Part shown: piece after piece, positions 19,624 to 28,153 of the stretch | Layout of the letters: every line of letters starts with the position of its first letter | Position numbering within the stretch: position 1 is the first letter of the stretch | Source of the DNA: Candidatus Bathyarchaeota archaeon | Lineage (GTDB): Archaea; Thermoproteota; Bathyarchaeia; Bathyarchaeales; Bathycorpusculaceae | Assembly: GCA_963717465.1 (NCBI GenBank) | Contig: OY970340.1 | Coordinates: 2,848,001 to 2,912,000, forward strand | DNA: 64,000 bases | Direction: 5' to 3' | Notes under the pieces: generated by a model | Told to the model about the DNA's origin: nothing | The model's input: the letters and a program-made list of their open reading frames with translations, nothing else | The model's database searches: none | Translations under genes and position numbers: made by a program

Positions 19624-20490
19624 TCATCCTTTTGCTCGAACGTCGATGAACGGTTTCTTGTTATTGTATCCAAATTTTATTTCTATGTACCCATCATTTT
19701 TAGTTGTCAAGCATTTTCTTTTTTCGCGTTCATGTTCAGTGTCTCTGTAATGCATAAGCCAACCTTGTGATAGCTTACTGTAATTGTCTACGGCGGTAGT
19801 ATCACAAAATCTTCCATCAGATATAATGGTTAAATAGGGTGTAAAATGTTCAAATAATTCTTTGCAAATTCCAGATTTCTTACCGTGATTAGGTGCGAGC
19901 AGTATATCTGCGTCTTTTATAGCATTAACAAATTCTTTATTGTCTAGTAGTTTTGTCCAAGATGGAACTTCGTTATCCCCGGGAATAATCATCTTGCTGT
20001 CAGCGTATGATACGATTGTGACCAAACTGCAATTATTTATGTTTGAATCAGTTGATGAGCCTGGATAGAAAGTTTGAATATTAACGCCTCCAGTATTGCT
20101 CGGAATACGCGTACTAATTTCCTTTGTTAACGGTGTGTCGTATTTACTACTAATTTCAAAATATTTTTCAAAAATTCTTTTATCTACGTCTCGAACGTCC
20201 TTCATAATTTCTTGTTTTGAAAGTGACTTTGGTCTTGAGAGGATTTTAGGATTTAGCTTTTGGAAATTTAGAATATCATTAATGTGATCTTTGTGAGGAT
20301 GTGTTATTATCACTTGGTCTAATTGGTTTACAGCATATTTTTCTTTGAGATGCAGAAGAGGACTAAACGTGTCGTCAGAAGATTCGTATGAGCCTACACC
20401 TAAATCAACAAGAATGTGTTTCTCATTAGGCGTCTTAATGTATGTTGAATTTCCATGTTTAACGTCCCAAACTACAATCTCAAGTGACAC
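19624..20490 (-). CDS. MBL-fold metallohydrolase (ComEC/Rec2-like)
   Basis: WDVKHGNS, LVDLG, THPHKDH, NNCS, PGD and APNHG motifs. Confidence 0.85.
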   Translation of the reverse strand: MSLEIVVWDVKHGNSTYIKTPNEKHILVDLGVGSYESSDDTFSPLLHLKEKYAVNQLDQVIITHPHKDHINDILNFQKLNPKILSRPKSLSKQEIMKDVRDVDKRIFEKYFEISSKYDTPLTKEISTRIPSNTGGVNIQTFYPGSSTDSNINNCSLVTIVSYADSKMIIPGDNEVPSWTKLLDNKEFVNAIKDADILLAPNHGKKSGICKELFEHFTPYLTIISDGRFCDTTAVDNYSKLSQGWLMHYRDTEHEREKRKCLTTKNDGYIEIKFGYNNKKPFIDVRAKG

Positions 20491-20592
20491 AGTATAGATT
20501 CACCGTTTAAACCGCACGCTAAATTGATCTTATTTTAAAAATTGATTCATTACTTAGATGTATATTAAATGTGCGAAAACTCGATTTAGCTC

Positions 20593-21093
20593 TTAGCGAC
20601 AAGCTAAATATTCTGCGGGCACTATCGACTTCTGGTAGTCTTTAACTAAGTATTTTTTCCCTTTCTTAATTACAGCGTGACCTTCTTGTTCCAGAAACTT
20701 TTTTTGAGCCTCCGCTCCACCAGGATACTTCTCGTTCAAAACACCTCCCTGTTTTTAAAGTTCTCCAGTAAGGGGTAACGTCAGTTTTCCCGCTTGCCTT
20801 TGTTCCTCAGCTGCGCGAGCGGCAATTGAAGCGAACAGTCCAGTAGTCAAAGAGCAACCAATCGTTGCATTATGCTTTGTTGCGAGAAAAGCTCAAATTT
20901 CATTTGCAGTTGTGAGTTTCCCTTTTGGAACTTTCTTCATTATTTGATCTACTTCTATCGGGGCTGGAATCACAATTGTTCCTTCACCCCATTTCTTGCT
21001 CATTCTGATAGATAGTTTTTCAACTCGCGGCAAGTCTTTGCTATAGTTAAGCTTTTCCTGCCACGTTAGCTTTCTGCCCACTAAATTCACCAA
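20593..21093 (-). CDS. MGMT/ATL-like alkylated-DNA binding protein (frameshifted)
   Basis: KKVPKGKLTT followed in other frames by GCSLTTG, TPYWRTLK, LNEKYPGG and QKKFLEQEG. Confidence 0.75.
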
Positions 21094-21118
21094 TAATAAA
21101 ACATCTTCTACTTTTTGC

Positions 21119-21385
21119 CTAAAAATTATTTTCTGTCTTGTTTTGCGAGTTAATTAGTTTGAGTTTTTGCTTGTGGGATAATTTCTTTATCTGTAACTCC
21201 CTTTTCATTGCTTTTCCACGAGAATCAAAACATTCAATATAAACGACTTTTTTTGGCTTGTGCGATTTAGTGTATTTTGCACCGTTGCCATTTGAATGGA
21301 GTTTTGTTCTTAAATCAACATTTTTTGTGTAACCCGTGTAGAAGGTTCCGTCAAAGCATAGCAGGATGTAAACGTAAAAGCTCAT
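21119..21385 (-). CDS. GIY-YIG nuclease family protein (UPF0213-like)
   Basis: FYVYIL...FYTGYT...R...H...GAKYT...E..IKKL motifs. Confidence 0.92.
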   Translation of the reverse strand: MSFYVYILLCFDGTFYTGYTKNVDLRTKLHSNGNGAKYTKSHKPKKVVYIECFDSRGKAMKRELQIKKLSHKQKLKLINSQNKTENNF

Positions 21386-21392
21386 TTCGTAT

Positions 21393-22076
21393 TTATTGCT
21401 CCCGAGTTTCTTCTGGCAAGTAGTAGTTGTAAACTACGCCTTTTTGCATCGCTCGTTGAAGGTAAGATTCAGGGTCAATTTCTTGAACCTTTGCTTTGTC
21501 AACATCTATGATGTAGATATCCTGTATACGAGCGTTCTGAATATCCCCCAATGACACAGGGGGCTTGCTGTAGTATCTATCGCAGAGTTTCTTGATCTGC
21601 ACTATATCTTCTGAAGTTCTTCGTCTTGGCTGTTTTGCCAACGCGGATGGAAAAGGCAATATGTAGTGAGGGGGAACACCTAGAGCAAATTTTCCTGCAA
21701 AACTGCTATACCGAATTATTTTGCTTGCCAACCGTGCGGAAGTATAAGTTAACGGCGTCAACGCGTATTCCGGCGGGATAAATCCTGTTTCCACTTCAAC
21801 TATCAAGTTTCCGTAGCCTTTAACAGCGTACAAATCGCAAGTCAAAATCTCGTTAAGAGCGTGTTCAAGTTGCACCTCGTATTCCTTTAAAATTAAAAAT
21901 TTAGCGCAAACAAGCTCCATCACTGAATGATTAATTTTAACCACGTTCTCATTACGAAGAGTGACCAAACTGTCTTTAAGCAAATTCAATTTGTTCTCTA
22001 CATCTTTACCAGTATCGTGCGTGAGCCTGGACAATAGAACAATTAAATCATGCTCAAATCTTTCTTTACTACTCAT
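21393..22076 (-). CDS. Hypothetical protein, possible PD-(D/E)xK-like fold
   Basis: 227-aa ORF with HSVMEL...E...CDLYAVK...IVEVETG pattern. Confidence 0.6.
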   Translation of the reverse strand: MSSKERFEHDLIVLLSRLTHDTGKDVENKLNLLKDSLVTLRNENVVKINHSVMELVCAKFLILKEYEVQLEHALNEILTCDLYAVKGYGNLIVEVETGFIPPEYALTPLTYTSARLASKIIRYSSFAGKFALGVPPHYILPFPSALAKQPRRRTSEDIVQIKKLCDRYYSKPPVSLGDIQNARIQDIYIIDVDKAKVQEIDPESYLQRAMQKGVVYNYYLPEETREQ

Positions 22077-22303
22077 TCAACAGCTCCTTTCTCACAATAA
22101 ATATTATTTTACTTGGCATATTAGCCTTCAGCTAACTCACCTGTTAATAAAAAAGAATCAATCTGATCCGATTAATACAATCAAACTAGGAAACTATAAA
22201 GAATTAATGCCCATCCAGAACTTACTAGATATTGAAGAATTAGCAAATGTAAACTTTTTTCTCAGAGTCAGACCCAACTCGATTATTTCATGTTTTGATT
22301 GGA

Positions 22304-22483
22304 TTAAAATTTTGCAAGAATTAGTTTTTCTGAGTTGACATCAACTTCGGATATTTTGCAGCCTTTAAATTCTTTGGTTTCACCGAGAATGCTTTTCACA
22401 ATTACTTTGTCTCCATCGTTTTTAGCGTAAACTGCATCTTTGAATACTGACTTTCCGTTAAGAATTACATTAAATTCGCACAT
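22304..22483 (-). CDS. CooT-family small nickel-binding protein
   Basis: MCE start, 59 aa, SILGETKEF.G.I.EVD pattern. Confidence 0.75.
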   Translation of the reverse strand: MCEFNVILNGKSVFKDAVYAKNDGDKVIVKSILGETKEFKGCKISEVDVNSEKLILAKF

Positions 22484-22730
22484 AACGATTCCCTGATTTT
22501 GAAGAGCGTTTTCCGGGTAATAAGTTCTTTGATGATACTTAGACCTTATTGCGCTCAAACTTCAGCAGCAATAATTCGTTAAACCACTACTAAACAAGTA
22601 CTTTTTTTGGGTTGATTGTAATTGTAACGAAGCTACTGCAAAAGCTTTTACGAAGTTTTTTCACTATTTTATTGTGCTTAATTTACAGGGTTTTTTTAAC
22701 TTTAAAATATTATAGTTATAGAGGTCTGTT

Positions 22731-23081
22731 ATGATTTCAGTTGAAGGTCTAAAAGTAAAGGCTAAACGCATTCCCAAGAAACAGCTTGTCTCAGCTTGGA
22801 AAACTCTGACTAAACAACCGTTCCCCAACATTAGAGCAGTAAAGCTAAGCGATGAAGATTTTGACAAGATCATGCAGCAAAAACGTTGCTTTGAAGATAG
22901 TTTAAGAGAGATACAGGAATGGGGACGAATATTGCCAACTAAAGTCACCGATGCTTGCGTATTTAACGCTGATGAAAAATCTGGCGTAAACTTTATTATA
23001 CTTATTCGGGAAAACCCGTATCATAGCTTAGAAGAAATAATCTTACACGAATTGACTCATATAGCCAGAGGAGACCTTTAA
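22731..23081 (+). CDS. Small HExxH protein (minimal zincin-like)
   Basis: C-terminal EEIILHELTH. Confidence 0.6.
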   Translation: MISVEGLKVKAKRIPKKQLVSAWKTLTKQPFPNIRAVKLSDEDFDKIMQQKRCFEDSLREIQEWGRILPTKVTDACVFNADEKSGVNFIILIRENPYHSLEEIILHELTHIARGDL

Positions 23082-23106
23082 TTTTCCAGCAAAGCGTTCT
23101 ATTAGT

Positions 23107-23484
23107 TTACAGTTGGCCTACGTTATTTGTTTCAGTAAAAAGTTGGCCTGCACTCTTTTTTTCAGGAACAGGTCGAAAATGCATAGTTTTAGAAATTCGA
23201 CGCTTATCCAACCAGCCCATCCGAGAAAGCTGATTCAAATAGTTACTTTCAATTGCTCGGCAACGGCCAGTGAATACTGAGACCGTTGTAGCATTACACT
23301 CACCTTTCGATGCAACAGTCATGTAAGTTTTCCTAAGATGATCTGGTAACGAAAGCAATTGGACTCCGGGGATTTCAATCGGCTGGGCATTCCAGTTTGA
23401 AAAATTTTTTTCTAGGTCTTCTAGTCTATGACGGATAGTCATCATTTCATGAAAAATTTTATCAAGCACTGATCTCTTTACCAC
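23107..23484 (-). CDS. Winged-helix transcriptional regulator
   Basis: LPDHLRKT...TGRCRAIESNYLNQLSRMGWL, preceded by an N-terminal coiled segment. Confidence 0.75.
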   Translation of the reverse strand: MVKRSVLDKIFHEMMTIRHRLEDLEKNFSNWNAQPIEIPGVQLLSLPDHLRKTYMTVASKGECNATTVSVFTGRCRAIESNYLNQLSRMGWLDKRRISKTMHFRPVPEKKSAGQLFTETNNVGQL

Positions 23485-23670
23485 TTTATCTTTCCTTCTT
23501 AATTTTTGTTTAATGTTTTCCTTATGAATAGCTTAATCTAATTTGAATTTTTTTATCAATTGAATTTCATCGGTTTGTTGACTGGAGTAAAAACAAGCAA
23601 AGGCTACTTATCAAAAACTGAGAAGTTTAGTTCTCAGAACAATATTCTAGAAATAAAACTAATTTTTAGT

Positions 23671-23710
23671 GCCTGAGCCATTATGTTTACGCCTGAGTCA
23701 TTATGTTTAC
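23671..23710. repeat. Tandem 20-bp repeat with one mismatch
   Basis: GCCTGAGCCATTATGTTTAC followed by GCCTGAGTCATTATGTTTAC in a divergent intergenic region. Confidence 0.85.
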
Positions 23711-23829
23711 ACTAAGGATTCATGCCTGTCTCAAACTATTCAACAAGATATTTCCTTGTTTAGCTAAGATAGTTAATTATAATTCATGATTATTATTACG
23801 TTTCGAAGCCATTAATAAGTTGGATTTAA

Positions 23830-24255
23830 ATGCCTGAGAAAAATGCTTCGCCCATTGACATATTCAGTCTATTAACGGACGATTCTGATAAGTCTAAAAA
23901 GAAGCGTAGAGAAGAACTTTTGGCGCCAACGGGTATTATGGAGTTTTTCAAGGAAGGAAAAATCAAAATAAACACACATACCTGCCATGGAGTCGAATGC
24001 AAAAAATGCGTTAAGGTCTGCCTTACTAACGCTTTATTTTGGAGCAAAGGTCGGGTTGAAATAATAGAGGATTTATGCGTTTATTGTGGGGCTTGCGTTT
24101 TAAGTTGCATGGTTGATGATTGCATAATGATTGAACGAAAAAGAGAGACAGGGCAAGTTGAACGATTCAGCAAGCCGAAAGATGTCATAAGATTAATGGA
24201 GAAAATTAACAGCCGAAAACGTCATGAAAGAATTAACGATTTTTTCAGCAAATAG
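23830..24255 (+). CDS. 4Fe-4S dicluster (ferredoxin-like) protein
   Basis: CHGVECKKCVKVC and CVYCGACVLSC motifs. Confidence 0.85.
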   Translation: MPEKNASPIDIFSLLTDDSDKSKKKRREELLAPTGIMEFFKEGKIKINTHTCHGVECKKCVKVCLTNALFWSKGRVEIIEDLCVYCGACVLSCMVDDCIMIERKRETGQVERFSKPKDVIRLMEKINSRKRHERINDFFSK

Positions 24256-24445
24256 CACACATTCAAATGCAGGGTAAGGATTACAAACAGCTGGCTGTTT
24301 ACAGTGACAATTCATTTATAACTTTTCAGAATGCATGAAAGAGTTGAAAAAAGGCTACATTATTTCCTAATTTTTGTTGCTTGCTTGGATTAGTTTTATA
24401 TTTGCCACATGTTATATGGCTAACATAGTTGAAGGGAGGAAAAAA

Positions 24446-24601
24446 ATGAAACTTGTAACAGTACTCTTGCCAGAAGCTTACCTTGAAGGCTTAGATGAAC
24501 TCGTAAGAGCTAACATGTACCCGAGCAGAAGTTCTGTAATACGGTCCGCAGTACGTGACCTGCTAAAAAAAGAACTTTGGGAAAACAAACGTGGAAGATA
24601 A
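24446..24601 (+). CDS. Ribbon-helix-helix (CopG/MetJ) regulator, CdrS-like
   Basis: MKLVTVLLP...LDELV...YPSRSSVIRSAVRDLL; GGAGG RBS upstream of ATG 24446. Confidence 0.85.
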   Translation: MKLVTVLLPEAYLEGLDELVRANMYPSRSSVIRSAVRDLLKKELWENKRGR

Positions 24602-24718
24602 AATAAAGCTGCACACAGAAACTTTTCTTTCATATTTTTAACTCACACTTTTATTAGTAATCAACCAATTGAACGATAAATACTGGCCTAATGAGATTAA
24701 AGGAAAGCATAAGAGGGT

Positions 24719-25165
24719 TTGAGTCGAAAAGAGGATTCCGCTTCTAACGCGGAAGAACTTAGCAAAAAGCTTGATCAAATAATTCATAGGCTGGACCTTC
24801 TTGAGAAATTAATTGCAGAGAAACCGGAATACGAAGGATTATCCGCCGCATTAGGACTCACACGCATGGGCATAGGAATGTACGGTGAACCATTGAAGAT
24901 TGTTTCACGTTTGAAGAATGCTGAAAAATACCTGCGGCAAAAACCAATCGTGCAAGATGAAATTTCAAGATGCGTTATCCAGGCTTTAGCTGTCAAAGGA
25001 GCGCTGAACATTTCTGCAATTACCCGGCAAGTAACAGCGATGCGTGGAAAAGCAAGCAGGCGAATAATACGCGAGAGGGTGAAAAAACTTCAAAGTCAAG
25101 GTATCTTGTTGCAGAGAGAAGGGAAACTACCCACTTACGAGTTGGTGGAACAGGCTGACCACTAA
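24719..25165 (+). CDS. Putative winged-helix DNA-binding protein
   Basis: C-terminal [10 protein letters not shown]...[19 protein letters not shown], an HTH-like segment. Confidence 0.65.
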   Translation: MSRKEDSASNAEELSKKLDQIIHRLDLLEKLIAEKPEYEGLSAALGLTRMGIGMYGEPLKIVSRLKNAEKYLRQKPIVQDEISRCVIQALAVKGALNISAITRQVTAMRGKASRRIIRERVKKLQSQGILLQREGKLPTYELVEQADH

Positions 25166-25251
25166 CTGGTCACAATTGCGCAGAAAATACAAATCAACTG
25201 ATCACCTTTTATTATTTCAAAGTTAGAAAAAAATATAATTGCAGAGTTGGT

Positions 25252-25773
25252 TTGATGTCAAATATTTGGTTTAGAATGATGGCGTTCGAGTTCAAAATAA
25301 GGGATTTTTTCCATCCACGCCAAGAAATTGTAAGTGAGATAGAGCTAAGAAGTGGGTTTCAAGTGTTGGACTATGGCTGCGGACCAGGTGGTTATGTGTT
25401 TCCTGTTGCTAAAGCCATAGGACCCTCAGGCACATTGTATGCATTGGATGCTATGCCGCTTGCCATTGAGATGGTTAAGAAGACTGCAGCAAAAAAGGGA
25501 TTGAAAAACGTGAAAACGATTCTTTCCGAATGCAATACTGGTCTTCTACATCAAGAATTAGATGTTGTTTTGCTTTACGATGTTTTCCACGATTTAATCG
25601 ACAAGAAGGCAGTGTTGAGTGAACTTAACAGAGTACTTAAGCCAAATGGATTATTATCATTCAGCGATCATCATATGAAAGAGAAGGATATAATCGAAAA
25701 AATAACAGATACAGGATTGTTTAGATTTCAAAATAAGAATAAACATACCTACAGCTTTACTAGAAAAAATTAG
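25252..25773 (+). CDS. Class I SAM-dependent methyltransferase
   Basis: VLDYGCGPG, YALD and RVLKPNG motifs. Confidence 0.9.
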   Translation: MMSNIWFRMMAFEFKIRDFFHPRQEIVSEIELRSGFQVLDYGCGPGGYVFPVAKAIGPSGTLYALDAMPLAIEMVKKTAAKKGLKNVKTILSECNTGLLHQELDVVLLYDVFHDLIDKKAVLSELNRVLKPNGLLSFSDHHMKEKDIIEKITDTGLFRFQNKNKHTYSFTRKN

Positions 25774-26043
25774 TTTTTCACCTTTTTTGTCATCAAACCT
25801 GATATTATTTAATTTTTTAATGCGCATTAAGACACCTAAAATTCAAAAAGTAGAAAGTGGCAACCCGCTGTTATTTGTCCTATAATTAGCAATCATGTAA
25901 ATTTTAAAAAGAATAAAAGTGAATGATAAGGGCTTCCTGAAGGATTGCGGCTTACAGGCTGAGTGATTAACACAAATGGTCAGAGGTTGGTCACTTTTGC
26001 ACAGAACACCTAACTACAGTGACCAGACTATATTGTTTTCAGG

Positions 26044-26439
26044 GTGAAAAATATGGCACATGAAGAAAGAAAAGATAAGATGATAGAGTCAGAAAATCTT
26101 AAGGAAATACTCGGCGTTGTCTCCACAGAAATACCAACAATGATAAAGACTATTTTGTCTTCAGTTTTTTCTGAAGAAGCTGGAAAAAATATGGGCAAGG
26201 CTGCAGCAGCATACTACAAAGAATTGAAAAATGGTGGGCTACCTGAAGCGGTAGCAGTGAAAATGACGGAAGATTACATGAAAACTTTCACAAGCATCGG
26301 CGACATGCTCAAGACTGCTGGCAGAGGTAATTGGGGTCATCATGGTCACGGTGAAGATGACGAGATGAGTAAACAAATCCATAAACATATCCAAGAGAGA
26401 CTCCAGAAAAGCGCAGACAAAGAAGGGGAAGACGAATAA
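26044..26439 (+). CDS. Hypothetical helical protein with His-rich tail
   Basis: 131-aa ORF containing YYKELKNGGLPEAVAVKM and HHGHG. Confidence 0.7.
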   Translation: MKNMAHEERKDKMIESENLKEILGVVSTEIPTMIKTILSSVFSEEAGKNMGKAAAAYYKELKNGGLPEAVAVKMTEDYMKTFTSIGDMLKTAGRGNWGHHGHGEDDEMSKQIHKHIQERLQKSADKEGEDE

Positions 26440-26467
26440 GCTTCCCTCTTCTAACCATGCAAGAGAA

Positions 26468-26734
26468 GTGATTGCTGTGAGTGCTACTTCCACCGTGACT
26501 ACAGCGATAAAAGCGTCGCCACAAATAACTCTAATGTCTCTTAACATCCTCTGGACATATTGGACTCTTGGCAGAAGAGTTAATAAGACCAGAAAGGCCT
26601 TCGAAAGGCAACTTGTTAAGCAAGGCATGTCCAAAGAAGACGCAAAACGCCTCAGTGCTTGTTATCAAGAACTCAAAGATAACATCACACAAACGCTTAA
26701 ACAAAGCGTAATAAGCAGTCTAAGACAACAGTAA
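26468..26734 (+). CDS. Hypothetical protein
   Basis: Follows the previous gene closely; FERQLVKQGMSKEDAKRL echoes its helical motif. Confidence 0.6.
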   Translation: MIAVSATSTVTTAIKASPQITLMSLNILWTYWTLGRRVNKTRKAFERQLVKQGMSKEDAKRLSACYQELKDNITQTLKQSVISSLRQQ

Positions 26735-26742
26735 ATCGATGC

Positions 26743-27513
26743 CTATTTGCATTCAGCAGTTTGCCTTGAGAGTTTAATCGCTACCTCGGCTGGATCTTGG
26801 GCAAGAGTTATTTCGCGTCCAACGATGAGGTAACTGGCACCCGCTTTTAACGCTGCTTCTACTGCTCCGCCTTGCGCGCCTATTCCTGGCGAGTAAATTG
26901 GAATTTTCTTTCCAACTATATCGTGTATTTCACGTATTTTTTCGGGCACTGTTGCTCCAACTACTAATCCGTCAGCACCCCATTTCAATGATTTACGCGC
27001 AAAAGAAACGTATTGAGCCGTTTTTTCGCCTGTTTGAGCATCGAGTACTGTTTGGCCATACCCTTCTTTTGCCCCACTGTGACTCATATACCCAAGAAGT
27101 ATCACCCCGCGATCAAGTTTTTGCGCGACTGAAAAAATGGGTTTTAAGCCTTCATCCCACCCTACGAATGGATTAGCTATTATAGCATCAAAACCTGCAG
27201 CATAATAGTATTCAGCTATCACCGTGTTAGTGGCCCCAATATCGTTAACTTTTGCATCCATGATTGCAAGCAACCCTTTCTGATGAATTAAAGAAACAAG
27301 TTTCTGCACACCATCAAAAACGCCCAGTGGAAGAACAAGATGATGATTGAATTTCACAGCACAAACATACGGATGAACAGCTTCAACAATGTTTTGCGCT
27401 TTATCAAAAAGTAACTGTTTATTCTTTGGGTTTTCAAAGGGTAAATCTAAAGCCAATATAATTTTCGAATTCCTGTTTCTTGCAGTTTCTGATATCTTAG
27501 CTTTAAACGACAC
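26743..27513 (-). CDS. pyrF: Orotidine 5'-phosphate decarboxylase
   Basis: ILALD, DAKVNDIGAT, VVGAT, PGIGAQGG and IVGREI motifs. Confidence 0.95.
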   Translation of the reverse strand: MSFKAKISETARNRNSKIILALDLPFENPKNKQLLFDKAQNIVEAVHPYVCAVKFNHHLVLPLGVFDGVQKLVSLIHQKGLLAIMDAKVNDIGATNTVIAEYYYAAGFDAIIANPFVGWDEGLKPIFSVAQKLDRGVILLGYMSHSGAKEGYGQTVLDAQTGEKTAQYVSFARKSLKWGADGLVVGATVPEKIREIHDIVGKKIPIYSPGIGAQGGAVEAALKAGASYLIVGREITLAQDPAEVAIKLSRQTAECK

Positions 27514-27734
27514 TGAGCACCAATCCTAATCCATATTTTCTGTTCTTACGAATAACCTTTACTGTTTAAAACTTAATTGTGAAAAATGATGCCACTCCTA
27601 ACTCTTCGGATTATCCGTTTTTGGCAGGTCAAAAATACGCTTGCTCATGAATTTGCGCAATCAATTTGTTTGAATGCTTTTTATGTGCTTATCAAGGCAC
27701 TGTCAATAGTGTCAGTTGAAATTTTTTCAGTCCA

Positions 27735-27983
27735 TCAAAGCTGGTGCCGCCTCTTTGCCCGCTTAACAGCATCTTCCAAGGCAAGTTTCTCAGATAGCGC
27801 TCTCAGTTCCTTGTGCTCCTTGCGGCTAGGTAGCCAATTCGTTGCTTCTTCCTCAGGAATCTTTGGAAGCGGTATTGTGACAAAAAACGTGCTTGACGGT
27901 ATTACTATTGCTTGCGATTTACGTAAACCCATTTCCTTTGGAATAGTCATTCTGCCTCTTTCGTCGATTTTCACCACAACCAA
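27735..27983 (-). CDS. AbrB/MazE/SpoVT-family DNA-binding protein (VapB-type antitoxin-like)
   Basis: VKIDERGRMTIPKEM signature. Confidence 0.8.
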   Translation of the reverse strand: MVVVKIDERGRMTIPKEMGLRKSQAIVIPSSTFFVTIPLPKIPEEEATNWLPSRKEHKELRALSEKLALEDAVKRAKRRHQL

Positions 27984-28153
27984 ACAAATTCCTCACTATA
28001 TTTAATTCGCCTGCAACTATTATATCATTCATTTAAGGTATTGTTTTTCTTTGGAAATTTAACTTTGAATTTACCTGCTTGAAAGCCCTTTAACTTATTA
28101 CTATGAATTGTCAGTTTAGTTCTATTAACATGTGCCTTCAAGAGAGGAAACAA

